A stretch of 64,000 bases of DNA, from positions 154-64,153 of the forward strand of contig CAZPFY010000001.1 in the NCBI GenBank assembly GCA_964586045.1, given 5' to 3'. A program made the translations under genes and the position numbers. This stretch comes from an uncultured Pseudomonadales bacterium (lineage in GTDB: Bacteria > Patescibacteriota > Microgenomatia > UBA1400 > MFAQ01). The notes under the pieces were generated by a model. That model was not told where the DNA came from. It was given only the letters and a program-made list of their open reading frames with translations, and made no database searches. Positions 25,001 to 34,150 of the stretch are shown here, piece after piece (the stretch's first letter is position 1; each line of letters opens with the position of its first letter).

Positions 25001-28000
25001 ACCTAAACTTAGTGTATTTCCGAGAATTTTGATAGAGCCACCCGCACCTGCACCGCCTCCACCCTGGGTACTAGCAGCAGTGCCAGTAAGGCTATCGTCA
25101 CCTTTACTGAGAATTGAGCCCGAAACAGAAATAGTATCGCTATTGATAATGACTATGCCACCACCGCCTCCGCCCGCTAGTCCTGAGTAGTATGTACCGG
25201 TAGTGGCTTGACCAGCTCCACCACCGCCTCCGCCCGAACCCAGGTAGAGCTTGCCTAAGCTGGATTCCCCGTAATTACCAGCTCCACCACCACCACCACC
25301 ACCACCGAAACCACTACCCACACTTCCACCACTCGTACCGCTGCCACTTTGGTTGGTATCACCATTGCTAGCGATAGTTGGACCGGTTCCGCCACTTCCC
25401 CCAGCAGCGTAGCCACCCCCACCCCCACCTCCACCATAACCATTGTAGGAAGAGCCGTTGCTGCTCGCGCTTCCTGCACCACCACCACCTCCCGCCCCAG
25501 TAGTTGATGTTCCTACTCCACCAGTGCCGATACCATCCGTCAAATGTCTCCCTCCACCACCACCACCACTATAAACACCGTTTTGGCCTAGATTGTTGGG
25601 TGTTAATGGTGTGCCACCATCTCCGTCGACTCCAGATGTATAGAAAAGACTATGACCAGGGATGGATCTGGTGGTTGTACTTATTGCGCCGGTGCCACCG
25701 GGATATCCTTTGCCTGTAGCATTGATAGAGCCGGCGACAGAGACGGCGCTAATAGCCCGAAAAAAGAGGACACCACCTAAACCAGTTGTGTAGTCATAAG
25801 CGCTTGGGGAGAGGGTGGCACTAGAATCTACAGTGACGCTTGTGTAGTTGGGGACTCTTTGGAGCATAACTTTTTGATTGTTGACGCCGATGCCGAGATT
25901 GGTGTCGTCGCCTGCGCCGTCTCCATAGTACTTACCCTTACTAGTGGTAAAAGTGATTACGTTGCCGGCAAGACTACTAATTCTGAGGGTTTCGTAGTTG
26001 CCAACATTGACGATCGACCCTTGGGTTCCTTGTAGATTTATAAGTAGTATTTCGTCGCCTGTTTTAAGACAACTGGGTGTAGAGGGAATGGTGGAAAGCG
26101 TTGCCGTGGTTGAGGTGAGAGTGTTAACTGAGTAGTTGATAGCATCAGCACAGGTGCGGCCAACAATTGAGTCTGTGCTCAAGACTTTGGTGCCACTAGT
26201 AACCGTACCCGCACCATCGGCACCATTGCCTGGGTCATAGTCGCCAGCTTGGGTAACACCGGTGGCATTACTGGTAATACCGCTATTTGATAAAGCAGAC
26301 AAAGCGGTTTCGGAAACAGTGAGGTGAGAAGAAGAATAATAGTCGGTGGAATTAGCAAGGCGAATACTGCTGGCGTCGATGGTATGGGAAGCACCGTCGG
26401 AGTAGGTGAGTGAGATATTTGAAATACTGGGGGTGGCTTGGCCATTGGAGCTTGTGAGGATGAAGCGGTATTGGAAATAATTTTTGGGAGTAGAGGTGGG
26501 GGCGGTGCCAGAGGCGACAATGAGCTCTTCGGACTGTAAGCTGTCGACATAGACAGTTTGGTTTGGAGACAAGAGAGTGATTCTTAGCTTTGTAATTGCG
26601 TTTTTTGAAGCACTGGCAACATCACTGATGTCCCAATAAACTTTTTGCCAAGTACCAGTAGCGTCGATTTGAATTATTTCTTCTTGTTCGGTAGCAGCGG
26701 ATTCGCCGATGCCAAGTTTGATTTGTCCGGAAGCAGTAGCGTACACCCAAGCGGAGATAAGGTCGAAATTGGTAAGATCTGTACTAGTAATAGTGTCTTC
26801 GGCGTAACCATTTTCAGCTCCGACGGATCCAAGTTTAATACTTTTGTTTGCAGCATTGGTGATATCTTCGTCTTCGAAGTAATTGACGTTGCGAGCTAAG
26901 GTGCCATCGGCAACGGCATTTAAATTTGTAGCTGTCCAGTCGGCCGTTGCATCCATCGCATTTAGATTTTTGATATTCGTAGTGGTGACAACTGGTTTCC
27001 AAGCTTCCCAGCTACCATCAGTAGAGTCGGGGGTGTTGCCTGTTCTGGTTTGGGCTTCGACTTGGCCATAAGTATTTAGGGTTTCGGTGTAAGCAAAACT
27101 ATTTAAGTTAACGGCGCCGGTGGTGTTGATCTCCTTAGAGACGTAGATGCCATAGTAGCCAGACTGGTGAAGATATGGCGAGGTGGGGAAGTCTGGTTCC
27201 GAAGAGTTTGCAGTTAAAGTGTTTTTGTAAGAGACAGCGATACGGCCGACGCCACCAGTACCACCATCAACAGCTGTAGTGTCGCCAGCACCGCCTGCTG
27301 CAGTAATTAAGTCGGTGGTACTGGTGGTTACTGTGTCTGCCACAATTTTTACGGATCCTCCGGCACCACCACCACCCGATCCTGGATAGGTTGCTGTGGC
27401 GGCGGCGCTACCAGCGCCTCCATTACTTTGGATTCCGCCTGTGCTGGTAACCGAAAGAGTGGCGGCTGAGATCATGAGAATTCCACCACCTTTACCACCA
27501 GCACCTCCGTTGCTTGCAACGTATGTAGTAGTTCCCGTATCTCCGGCACCACCACCAGAGCCACCAGAGCCAAAATATGCTTTGTCTAAGTAGGTGTCAC
27601 CGTAGGTTCCACCACCACCACCACCACCAGCGTAAGCAGGGCCAGTGGTGGTGGTCCAGGCAGAAGTACCACCGTTTCCACTGGTTACCCCGCTTCCATT
27701 GACACCATCGCTAGTTGGAGTGTTGCCAGATTTTCCTCCATTTCCAATTGTTCCGTAACCACCACCAGCACCACCACCACCATACCCATAACCCGAAGCT
27801 CCGGTTGCGGCTCCGGCACTACCACCACCACCACCAGCGCCACCAATGGAAGAGCCGGCAATATTGGCATTGTAAAGAGTTGCGGCATTTACACCTCCAC
27901 CACCACCGCCACCACAGATACCGACTGAACCAACTGGATTATTGTCGTAATCTGCACCGCCACCGCCACCATTTGCGTTGCAGTATGACTCACCTCCATC

Positions 28001-31000
28001 GCTAGGATTGTTGCTTATTCCGCCCGTGCCACCGTTGTAGCCGGCAGAGTTTGTGTTGACAGTAGTTCCGGTGGGAACAGTTACGGTGCCGCTAGCGCGG
28101 AAGAACATAACACCACCTTTGGGAGCGGTCCAGACTGAGGCGGTAAAGTCAGTTCCGGCATTGGAGAGAGTAACGTCGGTGTAATTGGGAACACGTTGGA
28201 GCATGACACGTTGATTGGTGGTGGCGGTACCAAGATTGGTGTCGTTGCCTGGATCATCGCCGTAGGTTTTATTTTTGGCTGTTGTAAAAGTAATGGTTGA
28301 GGTAGAGACAGAAGCAATTCTTAAAGTTTCGTAGTTGCCAACATTTAAATATTTTGTAGAAGTACCCTGAAGATTGATAAGAAGGACTTCATCGCCGGCG
28401 GATAAACAGCCGGTGGATGGGGTAGTGGAAAGGGTAGCAGTCGTGGGAGTGAGAGCGGTTACTGAATAATTGACAGCGTCTCCACCATCGGCGCAAGAGC
28501 GACCAGTAATCGAATTGGCGGTATTGATGTTGGTGTCAGTAGTGATAGCGATGGCACCATCAGAACCGGTACCATAAACATAAGTGCTACTGAGGGCAAT
28601 ATTGGTAGTTTTGAGTTTGTTGGTTGATGACGAAGTGGTATTTACCATAGCCAGATCCTGGTTGGTGGTTGTAGTCCAGTCAGAGATTTTTTTCCAAAGT
28701 GAAGTCACTGTATCGTAGAACCAACCGGTAAGAGAAAGGTCATTTGTGTTTTGATTGTGAGCAATTTCAACGTAACCACCACTTAAAGTTGCCGATTGAG
28801 TGGAGTAAGCGGTCATATCCATGGCAAGGCGGTGCCAGACAGAGTCTTGGCCATACATGAAGAGACTGCCGGTGTTGCCAATGGTGTGAACGTTGTTTAG
28901 ATTTCCAGAAATGGTGGCGCTGTTGTAGTAAATAGATCCAGCAACGCCGGTGGGGATAGCGGTTAAACTTTGGAGGGTAATAGTGCCGGAGTCATTGATG
29001 CGGAATTCGTCGCCACCAGTTGAATTCGTATTAAATGAGAGATACGTAGTTCCAGCGTCACTGATTGTTGATGAGCCAATTAAAGCTGTACCGGTAGTAC
29101 CATTACCAATTGTCAAGGCTGGGTTGGCGGTACCATCTATGGTTAGGGTACTAGAAATTTTAGCGTCTCCATTGACATAAAATTCCATATTGGATGGCAT
29201 CGAATTGGTTGAATCTCCAACTCTTAGATTACTAGTTACATTCCATTGGGTCCCTGCGGTTCCTGTAAGTTGGCGATTGGCAATACTAATTTGTTCGACA
29301 CCCAAGTGGTTGTTGATACCTTGGCTTAGAAATAGATTTTTCCAAGCTGTGCCACTAATGCCCAAAGTTGTTTCATCGTTTGCTCCTGGAACCAGATCGC
29401 CACTGTTTAGGATTTTAAGAAAAGTTAATAAGCCAGCATCACCACCCTGAGAAGTGGCAAAAGATAAATCAGCTCCGTTGAGAACGTTAATGGTTGGACT
29501 TGCTCCTCGGAAAGTAAGAGATCCTGAAGTGGAAGCATCTCCGGCTACATCAAGTTTTGAGGTTGGGGTGGTTGTACCTATTCCAATGTTGCCGGTGCCA
29601 TTGGGGTTGAGGAGAATGTTACCGGTGGTATTGTAGGTGCTGGAATTTCCGAGAGTTAAAGTTTGGCGGCGGGTTGTTCCCAAAGTTCCATTGCCGGTGA
29701 GGTAGGTTGTTCCGGCGATACTGGCAACTGGGGTGCCAAGATTGTTGTTTAGAAAAGAAAAGTTGGCACTGAGTGTTGACTGGCCACCGACGAGTAAATC
29801 AAGGGTAGAGTTTTTGGGGTAGATGGCCCCGTTGCTTGAAAGCCAATTTTCGGCAATGTTTTGGTTAGTTATTTCAGTGTCGAGATCTTTGAGGACGCCT
29901 TGAACAGTGAGAGAGTTGCTGTTTGAAAATTCATCGAAAACACCGATTAAGTAAGCACCACTGTCGTTGTTGGCAGTAGATTCGGCAAGGGTGGTGGTGC
30001 CACCAAAGATTAAATTGGCGGCGGAATTGATTTGAAGGCTGCTGGTATTGGATATGTATACGTTGCCTCCTGCGGACTGAAGGCTGAGGTTGCCAGCCAC
30101 ATCGCTAATGGAGTGGGCAACGCCATTGATCATGTTAATGGCGCCAAGATTACTAATATTAAATTTGGTGATACCAGAGGCTGAAGCACTGAAGAGTGAT
30201 CCTGTGCCGTTTTGATTTACAGTGAGTGCTGAAGTAACAGCAGAACCGGTTGCGGTATTGATGCTAGTACGGCCATCTGCTAAAACCCAAAACTTTGCAG
30301 ATTCAGTTGCCCCGGAAGAAAGTAGAATGAGTTTGCCGCTACCGGTGGCGATATCATTACCAATATATCCTGACAATAGAGAACCAGTTGTCAAATTTGC
30401 ATTTGTAGTTCTAAAAGTGTCTTCGGTAGTAGTGCCGCCAATTGCTAAAATTTGGCCGGACCCAATAGCGTCTGGTTGAATAACAATGTCTCCACCAGAA
30501 TTGGTGGCTGTTGTTAAAGAAATACTTTGGCCCTTGAGATTAAAATTTCCTGATGTTGAAACGATGGATGGTGAACTGGCGGCGATATTAAGATTGCCGG
30601 AGTTGTCAATTACGGGGACAGTGTTGATAGTTGCAGATGCTGACGCAGGATACCCCTGGAGGGTTTCGGAATTGAGGGCGTAGCCGACGGTGGCAATCTG
30701 TTGTCTGGGGGTAAGGGTTTCGGCGCCGACAGTAACTGCTAGGTAAACATCGCGATTATCACTAAAGACAGATTGGGGAATTTCACTGCCACAAACGCTG
30801 TCGCCTATGAGACTGTTAAAAACACCGTCGGAGTCCGGGGTAACAGAACAAGTACCGGTGGTATATAGTTGGCTGCCGGCGGTAAGATGATTCCAAAGTT
30901 TGAAATTGACATTGACGGCAGTGTTAATTGGAGTTCCAGATGAATCGGAGAGTCTGCCCTGGAAAGAAAGTTGTCTGCGGGGGGCGGTTAGAGAGGTGGC

Positions 31001-31891
31001 GGCTGAGCTGGGTTTGGCTTGTTTGATGATTTGGTTGTAGCCCAAAATGCCCATGGTGGTGGTAGCGATTACAAGCAAGGCGAGATGGAAGTAGGGAGTA
31101 AAAGGAAGGGCATTGTACTTGTGGTAAAAAACTGCCAAACGGCTTTTGGAGGGATTCTGAGGGTTTTTGGGTTTGGGAATAAGGCGATTGAGCCAGGCTA
31201 AGGGAGTAATTTTGGCTTCGGTTACGGTAATTTCAAAAGGATCCTTGGGAATTAGACTGCGGTTAAAACAAAAGTGAGTAAGCTTTTTAATAGATGATTG
31301 TCGTCTGCTGATAACAGAAGAGCTGGCGCGGGTTAGTTTTAGATAAGCAATGTAACTAGCTAATTGTTCGGTACTTAAAACTTGTTCGAGGTGGCTAGCG
31401 TTAAAAGGAGTTTGATTGGCAATCCAAGAAAAATAGTGATAAAGATCTGAAAGATAGTTTTTGACGGTAGAATGAGTTTTCTTTTCGTTTATTAATTGTT
31501 GTTTGAATTGTTCAAGAATTTTTTTGCTTGAAAGGTCCTTATTGTTGTTTGCATTGTTTGATGTATTTGGAGTTGGTTCGGATAAAGTTTCTATTTTGGT
31601 GATTTGATACTTGATGTTTAAGAAATTGGATAGTCTTCTGATGGAAGCAAGTCTGCGATTGGTGGTTGCGGGTGGTGTGAGAGTAGAGGATTGTTCCTGA
31701 CTGTATTTGCTGATGTATATTGATAGGTTTTGAAATACTTCGGTAAGATTAAACTGCTTTTGAGATTCCAAAAAGCGAAGAAAGTGCCTAACATCACTAA
31801 GGTAGTTTTTTATGGAAACAGCTGAAAGCCCAGACTCAATAAGAAATGAAGTGAAGAGCTTTAGGATTTCGGTATTGTTGGGCAGGTTCAT
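22046..31891 (-). CDS. giant (3281 aa) surface protein: two tandem integrase core-binding-like N-terminal domains, TM anchor, Gly-rich beta-helix-like regions, internal ~750-aa tandem duplication, C-terminal fibre-like region
   Basis: Uninterrupted 9.8-kb ORF. The two core-binding-like motifs are SIKNYLSDVRHFLRFL and TVKNYLSDLYHYFSWI. The TM is FHLALLVIATTTMGILGY. There are long GGGGG/GGAGG tracts and duplicated modules (ETLRIASVSTSTITFTT... / ETLRISSLAGNVITFTT..., and YFEDEDITN... / YFEDEDEATV...). Confidence 0.85.
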   Translation of the reverse strand: MNLPNNTEILKLFTSFLIESGLSAVSIKNYLSDVRHFLRFLESQKQFNLTEVFQNLSIYISKYSQEQSSTLTPPATTNRRLASIRRLSNFLNIKYQITKIETLSEPTPNTSNNANNNKDLSSKKILEQFKQQLINEKKTHSTVKNYLSDLYHYFSWIANQTPFNASHLEQVLSTEQLASYIAYLKLTRASSSVISRRQSSIKKLTHFCFNRSLIPKDPFEITVTEAKITPLAWLNRLIPKPKNPQNPSKSRLAVFYHKYNALPFTPYFHLALLVIATTTMGILGYNQIIKQAKPSSAATSLTAPRRQLSFQGRLSDSSGTPINTAVNVNFKLWNHLTAGSQLYTTGTCSVTPDSDGVFNSLIGDSVCGSEIPQSVFSDNRDVYLAVTVGAETLTPRQQIATVGYALNSETLQGYPASASATINTVPVIDNSGNLNIAASSPSIVSTSGNFNLKGQSISLTTATNSGGDIVIQPDAIGSGQILAIGGTTTEDTFRTTNANLTTGSLLSGYIGNDIATGSGKLILLSSGATESAKFWVLADGRTSINTATGSAVTSALTVNQNGTGSLFSASASGITKFNISNLGAINMINGVAHSISDVAGNLSLQSAGGNVYISNTSSLQINSAANLIFGGTTTLAESTANNDSGAYLIGVFDEFSNSNSLTVQGVLKDLDTEITNQNIAENWLSSNGAIYPKNSTLDLLVGGQSTLSANFSFLNNNLGTPVASIAGTTYLTGNGTLGTTRRQTLTLGNSSTYNTTGNILLNPNGTGNIGIGTTTPTSKLDVAGDASTSGSLTFRGASPTINVLNGADLSFATSQGGDAGLLTFLKILNSGDLVPGANDETTLGISGTAWKNLFLSQGINNHLGVEQISIANRQLTGTAGTQWNVTSNLRVGDSTNSMPSNMEFYVNGDAKISSTLTIDGTANPALTIGNGTTGTALIGSSTISDAGTTYLSFNTNSTGGDEFRINDSGTITLQSLTAIPTGVAGSIYYNSATISGNLNNVHTIGNTGSLFMYGQDSVWHRLAMDMTAYSTQSATLSGGYVEIAHNQNTNDLSLTGWFYDTVTSLWKKISDWTTTTNQDLAMVNTTSSSTNKLKTTNIALSSTYVYGTGSDGAIAITTDTNINTANSITGRSCADGGDAVNYSVTALTPTTATLSTTPSTGCLSAGDEVLLINLQGTSTKYLNVGNYETLRIASVSTSTITFTTAKNKTYGDDPGNDTNLGTATTNQRVMLQRVPNYTDVTLSNAGTDFTASVWTAPKGGVMFFRASGTVTVPTGTTVNTNSAGYNGGTGGISNNPSDGGESYCNANGGGGGADYDNNPVGSVGICGGGGGGGVNAATLYNANIAGSSIGGAGGGGGSAGAATGASGYGYGGGGAGGGYGTIGNGGKSGNTPTSDGVNGSGVTSGNGGTSAWTTTTGPAYAGGGGGGGTYGDTYLDKAYFGSGGSGGGAGDTGTTTYVASNGGAGGKGGGILMISAATLSVTSTGGIQSNGGAGSAAATATYPGSGGGGAGGSVKIVADTVTTSTTDLITAAGGAGDTTAVDGGTGGVGRIAVSYKNTLTANSSEPDFPTSPYLHQSGYYGIYVSKEINTTGAVNLNSFAYTETLNTYGQVEAQTRTGNTPDSTDGSWEAWKPVVTTTNIKNLNAMDATADWTATNLNAVADGTLARNVNYFEDEDITNAANKSIKLGSVGAENGYAEDTITSTDLTNFDLISAWVYATASGQIKLGIGESAATEQEEIIQIDATGTWQKVYWDISDVASASKNAITKLRITLLSPNQTVYVDSLQSEELIVASGTAPTSTPKNYFQYRFILTSSNGQATPSISNISLTYSDGASHTIDASSIRLANSTDYYSSSHLTVSETALSALSNSGITSNATGVTQAGDYDPGNGADGAGTVTSGTKVLSTDSIVGRTCADAINYSVNTLTSTTATLSTIPSTPSCLKTGDEILLINLQGTQGSIVNVGNYETLRISSLAGNVITFTTSKGKYYGDGAGDDTNLGIGVNNQKVMLQRVPNYTSVTVDSSATLSPSAYDYTTGLGGVLFFRAISAVSVAGSINATGKGYPGGTGAISTTTRSIPGHSLFYTSGVDGDGGTPLTPNNLGQNGVYSGGGGGGRHLTDGIGTGGVGTSTTGAGGGGGAGSASSNGSSYNGYGGGGGGGGYAAGGSGGTGPTIASNGDTNQSGSGTSGGSVGSGFGGGGGGGGAGNYGESSLGKLYLGSGGGGGGAGQATTGTYYSGLAGGGGGGIVIINSDTISVSGSILSKGDDSLTGTAASTQGGGGAGAGGSIKILGNTLSLGSSLVSSNGGAQIAGLSNFEGGSGGDGRVAIYYASTLTGTTSPAAAVAQTPSYNYSMYISEEMPTPNSTGYNKIKWLADLDTYGMIELQTRSGKSANSIDGTWEAWKPVVANTNKLDVIDMNTDTLWGMVDLTRADGGVARNVDYFEDEDEATVGNMTKFSSVGSPNGYSETTVTAKDLTNYDYLTAWVYATSSGNLVKFGFGESTGTEQEKTFYIQAANTWQKIYWDLTDINTTNRNAVTKLRISLPSTNTTLYVDNITADRYLTNADGSTVSSTPNEYFQYRAILTTTNPAYHPTLRSVQLDWSNGFKIVQTDMNTVRLYNKTGETIQIRLDAVVYGADLAEWYTVEDPSIEAGDLVAITGKTDPFGVPILRKTSSPNDQYLVGAISTKAGQELGITAENRRLLGLAGRIPVKIDPSSQDIKAGDSLTSSPLPGFATKAMPNDKVIGTAFEDWIPNIGKGVVLIHINNGIAPNPTTFSSRVYRLISNTNELFDETAGRFVNTVGSFAKVITGSISTNQLVSPTIETSFLTPMASTASITISPNLLSDNTQPLLIVEGQIKASTVFAKQGNFDELNTNSIVTNTITADKIYANQIEGLDAKIASLSSSFNNEEITILTNQISLKLNQNHATSSSSIASEIINNLKLGSNIVMNLLIDNLTVQQKLITPIADIDQLKVNIATVSGTLYANNIKSETIDKLKAQLDVLNEKYSTASSIFASIQEKYSQYDSLFSALDSETNPTNDPLQLSSLATESASLPTDMAFKNLNIEVLTTNDILANGSIFSQSISSFGTDLFIQPSGDKPVHLLANLMTLYPNGQIVVDGDLIVTGNIFANNLDTRTATVSGTLAVGKGELATDSAKILALFNQDGNVVGSVDASGSANFDKLTTYGLVIASGNNLDSTISGQTSSNSTIGTASIATGSSEIFINSSKINDDTLVYITPISDTNNQVLFVKSKQSHVGFTIAIPQPIEDEISFNFWLVQTK
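24000..28550. repeat. approximately 2.3-kb tandem duplication (two copies) within the second giant gene, including Gly-codon (GGN) rich tracts
   Basis: Two homologous ~750-aa protein modules with matching order of motifs. The plus strand shows CCACCACC runs at about 25.0-25.7 kb and 27.3-28.0 kb. The boundaries are approximate. Confidence 0.55.
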
Positions 31892-32471
31892 GAACAGACT
31901 ACGCTTTTAAGAGGCTATTAAAATTAAAAATAAAATAGGAATGACAAAAATTGTTCCTGCGGTAATTAATTCGAGATAGAGAGCCTTGTTGGAAGTACTA
32001 CTGCTTAAAAAGTCTTGTTGGGAGTAGTCGTTTATTAACATGATTTTTTGATTGTTGATAACTTGTCTTTAGGTTCAGATTAGACGATATTAGACGGTTA
32101 TATATTAACTATAAAATAGATTATTTCTGATGTCAATGGCTAGACCAAATATTGTTCTTTAGTTGATTGTTAAGTTTGTGCGTAAATTATTTTTAAAAGG
32201 AGAGGTAAGAGGAATTTGTTTATTTTATCGACGCATTAGATTGCGTTAATAAATATTTTCATGCGTTTAATGAAGCTAAAATAGACTAAATATACGCGGA
32301 AATACTGTTTATGCTTATGACTGCTGTGAAAATATTCAATGATATCTTTTGATTCGTATAGATATCAATTGATAGACAATGATTTCCTTAGGCATTACAG
32401 CTTACAAAATACACTCTGATTTTTTTGGATATTGACTGGTCCTTGTTGGTTCGGGAAGATTAATCTTTTGC

Positions 32472-34145
32472 TTAGGATTTGCTACCTAGTTTAGGGTAAA
32501 TGTATTCGGAAAAGGTGTATTGAAGCGAGAGGTAGAAGTAGACAAGGAGATAGCTGTTTGGAAAGAAGTATAGGCCAATAGAGGAACTGACTATCGCAGT
32601 AATGAGAGGAATTAGTTTGATGGAGTAGAAGTAACCTTGAAGCTCTTCTTTTGCCCCTAAAAACCTTTTGGGAGATGGTGATAGACAGACATCATTTAAG
32701 ATATTGCTGGGTAGAATTTGATTTTTCCAGGTATATCCTGTTTTCTTTAAAGTGATAAAAGATTTGTTTGGTAGACGGGAAGGAAAGAAAATATTTCCCT
32801 TAATGTCACTTACAGTGCGATATACTTTTTTATTTAATTTGTCTGGGTTATACAGTTCGATAAAAGTAAATGGTGTTGTTGAGACGCTTTTTCTTTTTAA
32901 GAAAGGAAACCCGAGCGTAAAGATAAAGCTAAGAAAATTACTCAAGTTTGCGTTAACTGCGATGCTTGTAATAACGAGATGTATAGGTAGGCCGAGACAG
33001 AGGAAGAAGAGAAGGATGTAAATACCACCATTGAGACCTTTCTTTTGAGAAATTATTTTTTGTGGTGGTAGGGAAGGGGCTGGTGGGGTTTTGGCTAGAT
33101 AAGGAGTGGGGGTTATGAGAGTAGAGAGCTCTGAGGGTGGTTTAAGGGTTTCGGTTACGGGCAATAACTCTCCTGAGTCCGTAGCAGTGTTTTCAAGATA
33201 TGGATTGTAGCCCTCTGGGAGTGTTTCTGGTTCTACGAGAATATAATCACTCTGTGATTCTTGGGCGGGTGCTTCGGGAATATATGTTGGAGTAATGGTC
33301 AGTAAACTTGTTGGTTCTAGAGATGGTCCTGGTTCACCTGGTGTTGAGGTGTACAGCAGGTAAAATGGGGGGAATATTGTGGAGTTGCTTGTGGCATCAG
33401 TTGCCGAGAGTTGAATGGTGTATGTAACCCCTGGAATTAGGTTCATAAACTGCTTTTCCCAGTTTCCGTCTGTGGAGTTTGTAATCCATGATTGAGTAAC
33501 GCATTCCGAAGGAGCATTTGTGGGACAAATAAGACTTACCTGAAGATTGGAGTTAGCTTCTACTTTGCCACCAATTAAAGCATTTTCGGTATCAACAAAG
33601 AGATATCTGTTTGGTTCATCTGGTATTGTGGTGGGATTGGTAGTGTCCCAGTTGTATTCAGTTTGGTTGACCTTAGTAAGAGAGATAAAGGGGGAAATGG
33701 TGTCGATATAAAAGTTCCAATTCCCTGTGGTTGCGTTTTGTCCGACGTTGTCGTATACAGCAACTTTCCAGGTATGATAACCCTCCGATGGACTTTGCTT
33801 TAGGGTTACGTAGAAGTAATTTCCTGATGAACTAGCGGTATAAAAATAATAGTCTTGAAAAACAATAGAGTCGGATATTGAGGCCGCAAAAACTACGTTG
33901 TCTATATATAAATCATAGTGGTGTAAATTTAGAGGGTTGGGGGTTGGTCTGAGCCAGATGAATTTAATTAGGCCACTGTTTGTAGCGAAGTTGTTTGGTG
34001 GGGCTACAAGGCTGGGGGGGTAGAAATTGGTGGAGGCGACGCTGGCAGAGACCTTAGAATTGCTACTTGTAGGGTTGGCGGCGTTGGCAAAGTTAACCTT
34101 TAGAAAAATTATGACTAATAGGGCGGCGATAATTTTTCGACCCAT
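32472..34145 (-). CDS. secreted/membrane-anchored surface protein (signal peptide, Ig/fn3-like N-region, Pro/Thr-rich linker, C-terminal TM segments)
   Basis: 557 aa. Signal MGRKIIAALLVIIFLKVNFANA, a beta-rich region, a PTP-rich linker, and hydrophobic helices at about aa 370-400 and 510-545. Confidence 0.55.
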   Translation of the reverse strand: MGRKIIAALLVIIFLKVNFANAANPTSSNSKVSASVASTNFYPPSLVAPPNNFATNSGLIKFIWLRPTPNPLNLHHYDLYIDNVVFAASISDSIVFQDYYFYTASSSGNYFYVTLKQSPSEGYHTWKVAVYDNVGQNATTGNWNFYIDTISPFISLTKVNQTEYNWDTTNPTTIPDEPNRYLFVDTENALIGGKVEANSNLQVSLICPTNAPSECVTQSWITNSTDGNWEKQFMNLIPGVTYTIQLSATDATSNSTIFPPFYLLYTSTPGEPGPSLEPTSLLTITPTYIPEAPAQESQSDYILVEPETLPEGYNPYLENTATDSGELLPVTETLKPPSELSTLITPTPYLAKTPPAPSLPPQKIISQKKGLNGGIYILLFFLCLGLPIHLVITSIAVNANLSNFLSFIFTLGFPFLKRKSVSTTPFTFIELYNPDKLNKKVYRTVSDIKGNIFFPSRLPNKSFITLKKTGYTWKNQILPSNILNDVCLSPSPKRFLGAKEELQGYFYSIKLIPLITAIVSSSIGLYFFPNSYLLVYFYLSLQYTFSEYIYPKLGSKS

Positions 34146-34150
34146 GAGTG

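Noticed and set aside
27715-28005. His-rich plus-strand ORF (HHQHHHHHTHNPKLRLRLRHYHHHHQ...) and other 60-90-aa ORFs (for example 25255..25488, 24912..25190 and 27396..27593) inside the second giant gene
   Set aside because: They are antisense or out-of-frame translations of GGN/CCACC Gly-codon tracts in the giant gene. Low complexity, no RBS, and fully nested in a long ORF on the other strand.
32100-32470. AT-rich 580-bp gap upstream of the second giant gene, considered for a small gene or ncRNA
   Set aside because: There is no ORF of 60 aa or more and no conserved structure. It is most simply the promoter or UP region of the giant gene. ATTAGACG is duplicated once but nothing more.
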